A stretch of DNA of 48,260 nt from Eubacteriales bacterium (GTDB lineage Bacteria; Bacillota; Clostridia; Oscillospirales; CAG-272), in NCBI GenBank assembly GCA_045634425.1, contig JAZRAF010000079.1, positions 1 through 48,260 on the forward strand, given 5' to 3'. Numbering within the stretch: position 1 is the first letter of the stretch; each line of letters starts with the position of its first letter. This document shows, piece by piece, positions 33,375 through 42,339 of this stretch. Both the position numbers and the translations under genes were made by a program. The notes under the pieces were generated by a model. That model worked only from the letters and a program-made list of their open reading frames with translations, was not told the origin of the DNA and did no database searches.

Positions 33375-34255
33375 TTAAGCACCCCCATATCCACCATTTC
33401 CCCGAAGAATACGTCGGAGATGCGGGCGTATGCGGGCAGGAGCATATAATGTCCGCCGCGCGACTCGCAATAGGTTTTTATTTTATCGGTGACGTGCTTA
33501 AGCGCCGCCTTGTATGCGTTTATTCTGTCCTTGTCGATCTTCTTACGGAAGAAGCGGTGCTGGTCCTCAACGTCGTAAAGATGCATCTTTCCGCGGAACT
33601 GCGGATTAAGCTCCTCACGGGAGAGTATCTGCACGCAAAGGATATCTCTTTTCTTTTCGGCGAACTTATCAATCGCCCTTTCGTAGTCCTCGTCGGTGAG
33701 GAAATCGGATATAAGTATCGAATATCCGTCACCCATACCGATCTTTGAGGGCACGATAGCGTCACTTATCGATGCTTCGGAGTTAAACTCGATATCGTTA
33801 AGCGCGCTTACGCAGTTAATGTAGGCGTCCTTGCCTACCATACCGGTGATGATCTCGTCTACCTGTGACCCGTGGATCGCATACACCGATACCTTGTCCA
33901 TCTCGCTTACCGAGAGGTAGGCGAAGGCGGCGGCGATCTTTATCGCCTGCTCTGCCTTTTCAAAGGTACCGTGATCCATCGAGCGGCTGGCACCTATGTA
34001 TATTCTGGTGTGCATCTGACGCTCGTCAAGATAGAGCTTCTGATAGAGCTTATCAAAGCGGGCGTAGGCGTTCCAGTCTATTTTCGAGATGTCGTCGCCG
34101 GGAACGTAGTCACGGTAGTCGGCAAATTCGCAGGACGAACCAAAGTTTTTGGACTGATGGTTGCCTCCGAACATTCCGGCCACGTTGTTTTTAAGAAGCG
34201 TCTCAAGAGCCTCAAGCTCGGCAAGAAACGCCTCGTCAATTACCATTTTCCCCAT
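33371..34255 (-). CDS. DUF58 domain protein (VWA-like, MoxR-associated)
   Basis: G.H.S...G.S.EFADYRDYVPGDD...IDWNAYAR, ISDF. Confidence 0.9.
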   Translation of the reverse strand: MGKMVIDEAFLAELEALETLLKNNVAGMFGGNHQSKNFGSSCEFADYRDYVPGDDISKIDWNAYARFDKLYQKLYLDERQMHTRIYIGASRSMDHGTFEKAEQAIKIAAAFAYLSVSEMDKVSVYAIHGSQVDEIITGMVGKDAYINCVSALNDIEFNSEASISDAIVPSKIGMGDGYSILISDFLTDEDYERAIDKFAEKKRDILCVQILSREELNPQFRGKMHLYDVEDQHRFFRKKIDKDRINAYKAALKHVTDKIKTYCESRGGHYMLLPAYARISDVFFGEMVDMGVLK

Positions 34256-35256
34256 TAGCGAGCCTTCTTGGTTTCCTTGATTATCATTGAGATCACGTCG
34301 TCAACACCGAGCTTATCGTTAACTGCGGTGTAGTTTACCTTCATTCTGTGACGGAGTACGGGATATGCGAGCGCATCGATATCCTCATAGGATACGTTGA
34401 AGCGGCCCTGCATAAGCGCGCGTACCTTTGCGGCGGTGATAAGACCCTGTGCCGCACGGGGAGATGCGCCGTACTTAACGTACTTCTTGGTAGAGGGGGT
34501 GGAGTCAAGCTCGGGGTGAGTGTTTGCAACGAGGTCAACTGCGTACATAAGCACCTCGTCAACAACGGGAACGGTGGATGCAAGTGCTCTCATCTCGAGG
34601 ATCTCCTCGCCGTTGATAACTGCCTCGGCAGTCTCGGCCATGGTGATCTGAGTCATCTTTACGATGTCGGCAAGCTCGGCATTTGAGGGGAAGCCGACGA
34701 GAAGCTTGAACATGAAACGGTCCATCTGCGCCTCGGGAAGGGGGTATGTACCGTCCTGCTCGATGGGGTTCTCGGTTGCGAGAACGAAGAAGGGCTCGTC
34801 GATCTTGTAGGTCTGGTTTGCTACGGTAACCTTGTGCTCCTGCATTACCTCAAGCATTGCGGACTGGGTCTTGGGGGTAGCACGGTTGATCTCGTCGGCA
34901 AGCACGAGGTTTGCAAATATAGGGCCGGGACGGAACTTGGTCTCCATCTTACCCTCCTCGTTCTTCTCGATGATGTTGGTACCGGTTACGTCAGAGGGCA
35001 TAAGGTCGGGGGTAAACTGAATTCTCGAGAAAGGAAGAGAAAGCACCTTTCCAAGAGAACGTACAAGACGGGTCTTACCAACGCCGGGTACACCCTCAAG
35101 AAGCACGTTACCGCCGGCAACGATAGCTATTATAACGTTGTCGATGATTCCGCTCTGTCCTACGACGTCCTTAGCAAGCTCAAGACGTACCTTTGCGATC
35201 TTCTCGCTGAATATTTTTACTCTTTCCATTTCCTGTGCATTTATCTCGTTAGTCAT
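34255..35256 (-). CDS. moxR: MoxR-family AAA+ ATPase
   Basis: Walker A GVPGVGKT, RIQFTPDLMPSD, LADEINRATPKTQSA, ATENPIEQDGTYPLPEAQMDRF, GASPR, LRHR. Start moved to ATG 35256 (GAGGT RBS). Confidence 0.93.
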   Translation of the reverse strand: MTNEINAQEMERVKIFSEKIAKVRLELAKDVVGQSGIIDNVIIAIVAGGNVLLEGVPGVGKTRLVRSLGKVLSLPFSRIQFTPDLMPSDVTGTNIIEKNEEGKMETKFRPGPIFANLVLADEINRATPKTQSAMLEVMQEHKVTVANQTYKIDEPFFVLATENPIEQDGTYPLPEAQMDRFMFKLLVGFPSNAELADIVKMTQITMAETAEAVINGEEILEMRALASTVPVVDEVLMYAVDLVANTHPELDSTPSTKKYVKYGASPRAAQGLITAAKVRALMQGRFNVSYEDIDALAYPVLRHRMKVNYTAVNDKLGVDDVISMIIKETKKAR

Positions 35257-35278
35257 TTCTAATAACCTCTCATTCATT

Positions 35279-36805
35279 TTACTGATCCTCAAAGCCGCCA
35301 TAAAGGATCTCAAAGTATTTTTTCAGTGCGGCGATCTCTTCTTCTGTGTAATCGCCGTCCTCGGTCTTACCGAACATCAGCGAGTAGTATTTATCAAGTA
35401 TGGTGCCGTATTCGACGTATTTGTCGGTGTAGGGGTCAAGGACAAGGTCGTCACTTCCGTAGACCGTTCCCGTACCGATACCGCCCATCGATCCGCCGCT
35501 GCCCTCGTCACCGCCGCCACCCGTCTGGGTAGAGGAATCACGAAGCACGGGGCGCTTGAAGGTGGGGAATGCGTGCTCGAAGAGGATACATATACGCTCG
35601 ACGGCGTACTCACCCGTTTCGGTATTCGCACTGCTCTGCTCTATCGCCGCATAGAAGATCGGCGTGAGTGCGGAGAAGGTGGTATCAAGCTCAGCCTGTA
35701 AGGCTGTGTAAGGAACACCGGGCATAAGAGTCGAAAGCTCGGAGAGTCCGGCGTAGTAGCTGGTTGCCGCAGGGTCGGTGAAAACGTAGGCCGTTATTGC
35801 GGCGTAGAGCGCATCGGTGGATGCGATGCCCGACTTAACGAGTGCGACGGGGATAGCCGACGCATCCGACGAGATAAGGGCAAGAATTTCGGAGAACATC
35901 ACGTCATCAGCCGTGGTGCCCTTGATGCTTTCGGGGTGGATGTAGCCTGCGCGCACCTCGGCAAGCGCCGCCACGTATTCATCCCATTCGGTGCCAGATT
36001 GCCATACGTAGTAGTTGAGCGCCTCGGCAAGGGGCTTTGCGGTGGATGATCCCGTCGCCCAAAGCGCCTCGATTATCTCGACGGCGGAGGAGGATTCATC
36101 CGTCTTTTTCAGTATTTCCTCGATCGCCTTATCGACCGATTCGTCACGCTGATTTACGGTGGTCGCAAGCTTCAACTCGTCAAGCAAGGTGCCGAGAGCA
36201 ACGACGACGTCCTCACGGTAGGGGGACTGCATATTCGAGGTGGTCACGTACTCGATAAGCTCCTCCATCGCCGCGATCTGTATGTCGGTGATCTCAAAGG
36301 GCTCCTCGATTACGGGAGGTGCGGGGGGCTCGACGGGTGTGTAAAGCACCGCACCTGCAAGCACAAGGGTTGACAGGCAGAGGCAGAGTACGTAAAGCCA
36401 CAGGTTTCTTATCCTCACGCCGCGGCGAGGTATGGTGTCGATAACGACCTCGGTGTCCTCACGCTGAAGGGCGAATATCGATTCCTCCCTGTCGCGGTAG
36501 GCAAGCATCGTCTGCACTCTTTCCTGAAGTGCAAATCTTCTGTCAAGCATTCGCGCAACCGACGAGGACGAGCGGTAGAAGATAAAGAAGGTGCCGACAC
36601 CCGACAAAAGGAATGACGCAACTCCTATCAGAACGAGCGACCCTAAGTCAAGCTCGGTGATTTTCAGTTTTAAGAGCAGGATAAACACGCCAAGGCAAAG
36701 CACGCTGACGGTGAGTCCCACGAGTATCGCTCTTACTATCGCAGTTATGAGCGACTTTCTTTTCAGCTTGGCAAAGCCGCGCATTCCGGTTACGTCACTC
36801 TTCAT
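35279..36805 (-). CDS. Membrane protein (3 TM, helical region, Gly-rich tail); first gene of the MoxR operon
   Basis: GGAGGTG RBS before ATG 36805; two TMs, ARMLDRRFALQERVQT, third TM, helical domain, GGGGDEGSGG, C-terminal KKYFEIL. Confidence 0.78.
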   Translation of the reverse strand: MKSDVTGMRGFAKLKRKSLITAIVRAILVGLTVSVLCLGVFILLLKLKITELDLGSLVLIGVASFLLSGVGTFFIFYRSSSSVARMLDRRFALQERVQTMLAYRDREESIFALQREDTEVVIDTIPRRGVRIRNLWLYVLCLCLSTLVLAGAVLYTPVEPPAPPVIEEPFEITDIQIAAMEELIEYVTTSNMQSPYREDVVVALGTLLDELKLATTVNQRDESVDKAIEEILKKTDESSSAVEIIEALWATGSSTAKPLAEALNYYVWQSGTEWDEYVAALAEVRAGYIHPESIKGTTADDVMFSEILALISSDASAIPVALVKSGIASTDALYAAITAYVFTDPAATSYYAGLSELSTLMPGVPYTALQAELDTTFSALTPIFYAAIEQSSANTETGEYAVERICILFEHAFPTFKRPVLRDSSTQTGGGGDEGSGGSMGGIGTGTVYGSDDLVLDPYTDKYVEYGTILDKYYSLMFGKTEDGDYTEEEIAALKKYFEILYGGFEDQ

Positions 36806-36915
36806 AAGCACCTCCCGGCAGCGCGCATTTTGCATACTGTATGCAAGATATTCACAAAAAACGCTCCTCTTAGATTTTAAAATAAAAACCTAAATAATTT
36901 AATATATAATGAGGT

Positions 36916-36944
36916 ATTGTAACAAAAAAAGCGAATTGTGTCAA
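36916..36944 (-). promoter_or_regulatory. Sigma-A promoter of the MoxR-VWA operon
   Basis: TTGACA-17 nt-TACAAT with TG extension. Confidence 0.72.
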
Positions 36945-37040
36945 TATTTTTGTATAAAAATTCACAATTAATTTCCCTCAGGCATTATATGCCTGTCCGT
37001 TTTTTGCCATTTTTTGCAAACTTTTATTTACATATACGAG

Positions 37041-37080
37041 CAAAAGAAAGGTCGGTACGGGAGTGTGTCCCATACCGACC
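37041..37080 (-). terminator. Terminator after the DHH-DHH-surE-MATE operon
   Basis: GGTCGGTATGGGA-loop-TCCCGTACCGACC followed by TTTCTTTT on the minus strand. Confidence 0.85.
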
Positions 37081-37122
37081 GAGTAATATTAAATTTTGTG
37101 CTAAGTAGTGACCCGTGTGAAA

Positions 37123-38493
37123 TTATCCCATATCATCGGCAAGCGTTCTGCGCTTTTTCCAAACGCCGGAGAGGAAGTATATCATACCCGGAATTGCACA
37201 GCCGTAGGGTGCAAGGCCGTAACCGAGAACGAAGCCGTAAAAATCGAATCCGAGAACGACTCCAAAGAGCCAGCTGAGGCCGATTCTGAGCACTACGCCG
37301 TCAAGCAAGGAGAGCACGAGGCTGAGTCTTGCGTTGCCGATTCCCTGTATAAAGGAGTGAGTTCCGCGCATAATTGCGAGCGCGGGGAACATCCACATAA
37401 TTGCCGCGATAAAGGTCGAGGACATATCGTGAACGAGGGGGTCGTCGGAGAATACCATAAAGAGCTGCTTGCCTATCGTGAGGTAAAGCACCATACATAC
37501 AAGCGTGAAAGCGCCTGCGTATATCCAGGCAAAGTAGACCGATTTTTTCGCCCTGCCCTGCTCCTTTGCCGCGATATTCTGGCTTACCATCGGGAGTGCG
37601 GCGTGCTGTATTCCCTGCGATATCTTGTTGACGATATCGTCGATACGCATTCCGACACCGAAGGTTGCCGAGGCTACGACGCTTATGTCGTTTACCATAG
37701 AGTTAACGTAAAGCATCGAGAGGTTGATGCAGCCCGACTGGATAGCCATAGGCGCACCGAGCTTGAATATCATAGCCGAGTATTTCTTGTTGGGTATAAA
37801 GCTCTTCGGCTTGAAGTCGAAGCCAAACTCCACCTTGCGGCGGTAGAGGTACCACATAGAAAAGATGAAGGACACCGCCTGGCCGATGATAGTCGCCCAC
37901 GCCGCACCGGCAACACCCATTTTCAAAGGACCGATGAAGATGATGTCGAGCACGAGGTTTATGACCGAGGCGATGCAGATGAACATAAACGGACGGCGGG
38001 AATCGCCCATTCCGCGAAGTGCGGATGCCACCATATTATATCCCGCGGTGAAAACGAGTCCGCCGCCGCAGATAAGAAGGTAGTCCCCCGACATCGCATA
38101 CGACTCGTCGGGAATGTTCATCAGGTTCATTATCGGAAATCTTAACGCCACAACGACGGCGGTAAAGAAAAGTCCGATAGCGGTGACTATGGTGAAAAGA
38201 GTGCCGACGATGCCGTTTATCTGCTCGCGCTTTCCTGCGCCGAGTGCCTGCGAGATCATAACCTGACCCGCGGTGGCAATACCGAGGCACACCATAGTTG
38301 CAAAATTAAGTATCAGGCTGCTTTGCGAAACGGCGGAAAGACCGGGCGTGCCGACGAAATGGCCGACGACGATCATATCCACCGTGCTGTAAAGCACCTG
38401 AAGGGCGTTTGACGCCATAAAGGGGAGCATAAACAGGAAAAGTTGCTTGGGAATGCTACCCCGTGTGAAATCTTTTGATATTTTTCCCTTCAA
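37123..38493 (-). CDS. MATE family efflux transporter
   Basis: DFTRGSI, LQVLYSTVDMIVVG, LRGMGDS..P, NLVLD.IF...GVAGAAWAT. Probable TTG start at 38493 with GAGGT RBS. Confidence 0.9.
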   Translation of the reverse strand: MKGKISKDFTRGSIPKQLFLFMLPFMASNALQVLYSTVDMIVVGHFVGTPGLSAVSQSSLILNFATMVCLGIATAGQVMISQALGAGKREQINGIVGTLFTIVTAIGLFFTAVVVALRFPIMNLMNIPDESYAMSGDYLLICGGGLVFTAGYNMVASALRGMGDSRRPFMFICIASVINLVLDIIFIGPLKMGVAGAAWATIIGQAVSFIFSMWYLYRRKVEFGFDFKPKSFIPNKKYSAMIFKLGAPMAIQSGCINLSMLYVNSMVNDISVVASATFGVGMRIDDIVNKISQGIQHAALPMVSQNIAAKEQGRAKKSVYFAWIYAGAFTLVCMVLYLTIGKQLFMVFSDDPLVHDMSSTFIAAIMWMFPALAIMRGTHSFIQGIGNARLSLVLSLLDGVVLRIGLSWLFGVVLGFDFYGFVLGYGLAPYGCAIPGMIYFLSGVWKKRRTLADDMG

Positions 38494-38497
38494 AGCG

Positions 38498-39223
38498 TTA
38501 CCTCGCAAGCTCCTCGTTAAGCTCTTTGAAAAGGGGCAAATTCGTCTTTTCGGAGGTGAGAGGAGTGATGGAAATGTAGTTGTTTATGACCGCGACGGTA
38601 TCGAGCGAAAGATCGCCGCTGTTGTTTATTGCCATCTGTCCGACCTGGACGTAAATATCGCCGTCACGATGCACGAAATCGTCGGTAAAGTATATGCCGC
38701 CCTGTCTTGTGACAAGAATACCCTTGTCGTCAAGCGGGATATTTACGTTGTATATCGTGTTTCGTCCAAACAGGTCGTGCTTGCAGAAAAATTCAAGCAC
38801 GGTGTCAAGCTTATTCTCTGCCGCCTCAAAGGTTCTCGGGTCGGTGGAGAGCGCAACGCCGTTGATGCCAAGGCGCGCCGCCTCAAAAATTGCGCCGATA
38901 GTGCCCGAGTAAACTATATCCTTACCGAGGTTGAAGCCGCGGTTTACACCCGAGATAACGAGGTCGAAGTGCTCCTTAAGACCGCACACCGCAAAGCGCA
39001 CGCAGTCCGCAGGGGTGGAATCCATAGAGTAGGCGCGGATACCCTCACCGATATCAACGCGCTTGACCTCGATCGGGCGTGTGAAGTCGATGGCGTGGCT
39101 CTTGCCGCTTTGCTCGACCTTGGGGGCAATAACGGTGACCTCGCCAAGCTCCTCTGCCCTTTTTGCAAGCACGGGGAGAATTGGAGATGCGATGCCGTCA
39201 TCGTTGGTTATCAGTATTCTCAT
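38498..39223 (-). CDS. surE: 5'/3'-nucleotidase SurE
   Basis: ILITNDDG, AP..EQSG.SH, TPADC, SGVNRG.NLG...YSGT, ISITPL. Confidence 0.93.
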   Translation of the reverse strand: MRILITNDDGIASPILPVLAKRAEELGEVTVIAPKVEQSGKSHAIDFTRPIEVKRVDIGEGIRAYSMDSTPADCVRFAVCGLKEHFDLVISGVNRGFNLGKDIVYSGTIGAIFEAARLGINGVALSTDPRTFEAAENKLDTVLEFFCKHDLFGRNTIYNVNIPLDDKGILVTRQGGIYFTDDFVHRDGDIYVQVGQMAINNSGDLSLDTVAVINNYISITPLTSEKTNLPLFKELNEELAR

Positions 39224-40203
39224 AACCAGCCCTCGTTGTTTTCCTTGTATTCCTTAAGGCGTGCATCTGCCTCGGCGATAAGCGCATCCGCCTCCTCACG
39301 GGAGTAAACGGTTGCACCTGCGGCACAGGCGTGGCCGCCGCCGTGGTAGCGCTCGGCTACGGGGCTAACGGTTACGAAACGGCTGCGAAGTCGCACACGG
39401 GTGCTTCCGTCACCGTTTTCAATGAATGCAAGCCAGATAAGAGAGTCCTTAATGGAGTCCATATAGGATACCGATGCAGAAGCGTCCTCGCTCGAAAGGT
39501 CAAATCTTTCCTGCATCTCCTTGTCAACGTAGAGATACGCAACGCCGTTTTCGGTGATCTGCATATGCTCGTAAACGTACGCCTCAAACTTGAACATCTT
39601 ATATTCCTTCATATAGAGGTTGGCATAAAGGGTGTCAACGTCAACGCCAAGGTCGAGAAGCATACCTGCAAGGCGCATAGTGTTACCCGAAACGGAACGG
39701 AAGCGGAAGCGGCCGGAGTCGGTAACCATACCGGTGTAAATGAAGGTCGCCGCCTTGGTGTCAAGCTTAAGCTCGTCACGAAGCGCATAGCAGAATTCCG
39801 CGATCATCTCGCAGGCAGAGGAATAGTCCTCCTCGATCCACTCAAGGGGCGCGTAGGACTGTACGGGAATGTGGTGGTCGATCTTTATAAGCTCACGGCA
39901 AAGGGTGTACTTCTGATTTGAGATACGGTCGCTCGTTGCGGTGTCGATAACGATACCGAGCGCATCCGAATAGAACTCGTCGGGAACGTTGTTCTCGTCC
40001 TCGCCGCCGAGGAATTTAAGGTACTCGGAGTAGTCACAGTTAAGCACACGGACGTCTTTTTCGGGATACGTACCTCGCAAAACGGTGCAAAGACCCATTG
40101 TAGAGCCCACCGCGTCGCCATCGGGGCGCTTGTGTCTGAAGATGATTATTTTGTTATATTCCTTGATCTTTTCAAGTATCGCTCTAATTCTTTCAATTTG
40201 CAT
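39220..40203 (-). CDS. nrnA: DHH/DHHA1 phosphoesterase (NrnA-like oligoribonuclease/pAp phosphatase), copy 2
   Basis: HKRPDGDA, IDT, IDHH, TDSGRF, RLRS, GGGH. Confidence 0.87.
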   Translation of the reverse strand: MQIERIRAILEKIKEYNKIIIFRHKRPDGDAVGSTMGLCTVLRGTYPEKDVRVLNCDYSEYLKFLGGEDENNVPDEFYSDALGIVIDTATSDRISNQKYTLCRELIKIDHHIPVQSYAPLEWIEEDYSSACEMIAEFCYALRDELKLDTKAATFIYTGMVTDSGRFRFRSVSGNTMRLAGMLLDLGVDVDTLYANLYMKEYKMFKFEAYVYEHMQITENGVAYLYVDKEMQERFDLSSEDASASVSYMDSIKDSLIWLAFIENGDGSTRVRLRSRFVTVSPVAERYHGGGHACAAGATVYSREEADALIAEADARLKEYKENNEGWL

Positions 40204-41143
40204 TTTTGTTCTCCCTTACGAGCTTATTCATATCCTCGAGCAGCGCCATTGCCTGCTCACGGTCCTTAAGAGTTGCGCCGCTTGCCTTAGCGTGTCCGCC
40301 GCCGCCGTACTTAACTGCGATGGGGTTGATGTTGTACTTGCTTGAGCGTATCTCGGTAAGCACGCCGCCGTCGGTTTCGGTAAAGTTGACCCAAGCGTCA
40401 ACGCCGCGGATCTCAGACATTGTGCCGACCATTCCGCGAGAGATGGAGAAGATGTCAACGCCGTAGGTGCCAAGCTCATCCTTAGTGGTGTATATGTAGG
40501 CCACGCCGTCGTCGGTGAAGTTGATCTTGAGCACGAACTGAGCGCGGAGTCTGATAAACTTGAAATCGTCGGAGTAGAGATTTCTGAAAATATCGTTGGT
40601 GTCAAAATCACGCTCACGCAGGAAGGACGCCATACGGAAGGTGTTTGCACTTGTCGAGTCGTATCTGAAGCGGCCCGAGTCGGTCACCATACCCGTGTAA
40701 AGCGACTTTGCCGCGAGGTTGCTAACGGTGAGGCCGCCCTCGATAGCCATAGCGGTGATAAGTCCGCAGCAGCTTTCGTAAGAGGTGTCGGTCACCTCGA
40801 TGTCGGCTATCTTCTCGCAGAAAATGTGGTGGTCGATGCGTGCGGTGCACTCGGCAAGCTTGTATCTTGAATCGCTGATGAGTGCGGATGCCGAGGTGTC
40901 GAGGATAATCGCAAGTGCGCCCTTGTACGTCTCGTCGCTTATCTCGTCCATCTTCGAGCCCTCCATAAAGCCGAAGCGGCCTGCGCCGTCGCCGACTACA
41001 TAGACCTCCTTGCCGGGAAACGAGTCGATTATGATATTCTTAAGACCGAGCTGCGAGCCAAGCGCATCTCCGTCGGGATTATTGTGCCTGTGTATGATAA
41101 TTCTGCTGTATTCCTTGATTTTTTCAATTATTGCTTCAAACAT
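40193..41143 (-). CDS. nrnA: DHH/DHHA1 phosphoesterase (NrnA-like), copy 1
   Basis: HNNPDGDA, LDT, IDHH, TDSGRF, IRS, GGGGH; AAAGGAAG RBS. Confidence 0.87.
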   Translation of the reverse strand: MFEAIIEKIKEYSRIIIHRHNNPDGDALGSQLGLKNIIIDSFPGKEVYVVGDGAGRFGFMEGSKMDEISDETYKGALAIILDTSASALISDSRYKLAECTARIDHHIFCEKIADIEVTDTSYESCCGLITAMAIEGGLTVSNLAAKSLYTGMVTDSGRFRYDSTSANTFRMASFLRERDFDTNDIFRNLYSDDFKFIRLRAQFVLKINFTDDGVAYIYTTKDELGTYGVDIFSISRGMVGTMSEIRGVDAWVNFTETDGGVLTEIRSSKYNINPIAVKYGGGGHAKASGATLKDREQAMALLEDMNKLVRENKNAN

Positions 41144-41175
41144 TTTCTCTCTTCCTTTCTTTTCTTTAACAGTTT

Positions 41176-41204
41176 ATTATATCATACTTTTGAGAAACTT
41201 GCAA
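41176..41204 (-). promoter_or_regulatory. Sigma-A promoter for the DHH operon
   Basis: TTGCAA-17 nt-TATAAT with TG extension. Confidence 0.65.
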
Positions 41205-41253
41205 CTGTAATAATAAAAAATATATTTTAAAGATATTTTATCCTCTTTTTGTG

Positions 41254-41282
41254 TTGCAAAGAAAGCGTGTGTGTGCTAGAAT
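41254..41282 (+). promoter_or_regulatory. Sigma-A promoter for the protease gene
   Basis: TTGCAA-17 nt-TAGAAT with TG extension. Confidence 0.6.
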
Positions 41283-41303
41283 AAAGAAAAAGGAGGTGCG
41301 AGT

Positions 41304-42122
41304 ATGAGAAGCGTGCGCACAAAATTGATATCCTCACTACTTATCGTGGTGCTGCTCACCCTTTCACTTACGGGATGCACCGCAATTGAGCTTATTACCG
41401 ATTATCTGCTCGACTCGCTGAGTCCGGACTCGACAGAGCCCGAGGTAGATGAGTTTTCGCTTGAGGATGCGATAAACGAGATAACGACCTCAAAAATGTG
41501 TGCCGAGGTAACGATCAGTATAGAATATCGCAGCATCCTATCTACCCCACTCGGAACGGTTCAAGGCTCGGGAACGGTGATAATGCGTACCGAATCCACC
41601 TTACTCTACGTGCTTACGAACGCACATTGCGTAACGACACCCGACAACATCACCGCACAAAAGTATAACAAATCGATATATATGACAGACTACCGCGGCA
41701 ACGTCTACGGCGGCGGAAAGGTATATGCCGAAAGTGTAGATGAGGAACGGGATCTGGCGTTAATAACGTTCGCGTGCGATAACTGGGACGTACAGCCCCT
41801 GACCCTTGCCAAAAACAATCCGAGCATCGGTGACACGGTAATTGCCCTTGGCTCGCCGCACGCACAAATGAACTCAATCACCGTTGGAAAGGCTGTCAGT
41901 TACTATAACAGCGACATGATAGAGTGCGAGGCACTCTATCACAGCGCGCCCGTGGGTAGCGGCGGAAGCGGCGGTGCACTTTTAAACACCGACCTTGAGC
42001 TATGCGGAGTTAACTTTGCCGCGGATACCTCAGAGGGCGACTTTGGCAACGGAAGCTCTATCCCCATCGAGTCAGTGCGCGAATACCTCGCAAATTTCAG
42101 CATTTTTAATCTTATTCTTTAA
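41304..42122 (+). CDS. Trypsin-like (S1C/HtrA-related, PDZ-less) serine protease lipoprotein
   Basis: AGGAGGT RBS; lipobox LTGC; GSG, LTNAHCV (His), RDLA (Asp), GGSGGAL (Ser). Confidence 0.85.
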   Translation: MRSVRTKLISSLLIVVLLTLSLTGCTAIELITDYLLDSLSPDSTEPEVDEFSLEDAINEITTSKMCAEVTISIEYRSILSTPLGTVQGSGTVIMRTESTLLYVLTNAHCVTTPDNITAQKYNKSIYMTDYRGNVYGGGKVYAESVDEERDLALITFACDNWDVQPLTLAKNNPSIGDTVIALGSPHAQMNSITVGKAVSYYNSDMIECEALYHSAPVGSGGSGGALLNTDLELCGVNFAADTSEGDFGNGSSIPIESVREYLANFSIFNLIL

Positions 42123-42134
42123 CAAAAATCAACA

Positions 42135-42165
42135 AGGACCCGTGTAAAAACGTTACACGGGTCCT
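42135..42165. terminator. Bidirectional terminator between the protease and the feo operon
   Basis: Perfect 13-bp inverted repeat AGGACCCGTGTAA/TTACACGGGTCCT. Confidence 0.85.
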
Positions 42166-42171
42166 ATCCTT

Positions 42172-42336
42172 TTACTTTTTTATATTGCAAGCGCAGCCGG
42201 CAGGACACGCGCCGCAGTTTCCTCCGCAGGAGCAGGAGGGCTTGCCTTTTTTCTTGTTTATTATCATAATCACCACGACCAAGGCAAAGAGCGCGGCAAT
42301 GACTGATGCTATTACAGCAGTAAGAATAACTTTCAT
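42172..42336 (-). CDS. FeoB-associated Cys-rich membrane protein (54 aa)
   Basis: Not in the ORF track. MKVILTAVIASVIAALFALVVVIMIINKKKGKPSCSCGGNCGACPAGCACNIKK starts 3 nt after the feoB stop. Confidence 0.85.
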   Translation of the reverse strand: MKVILTAVIASVIAALFALVVVIMIINKKKGKPSCSCGGNCGACPAGCACNIKK

Positions 42337-42339
42337 TTT

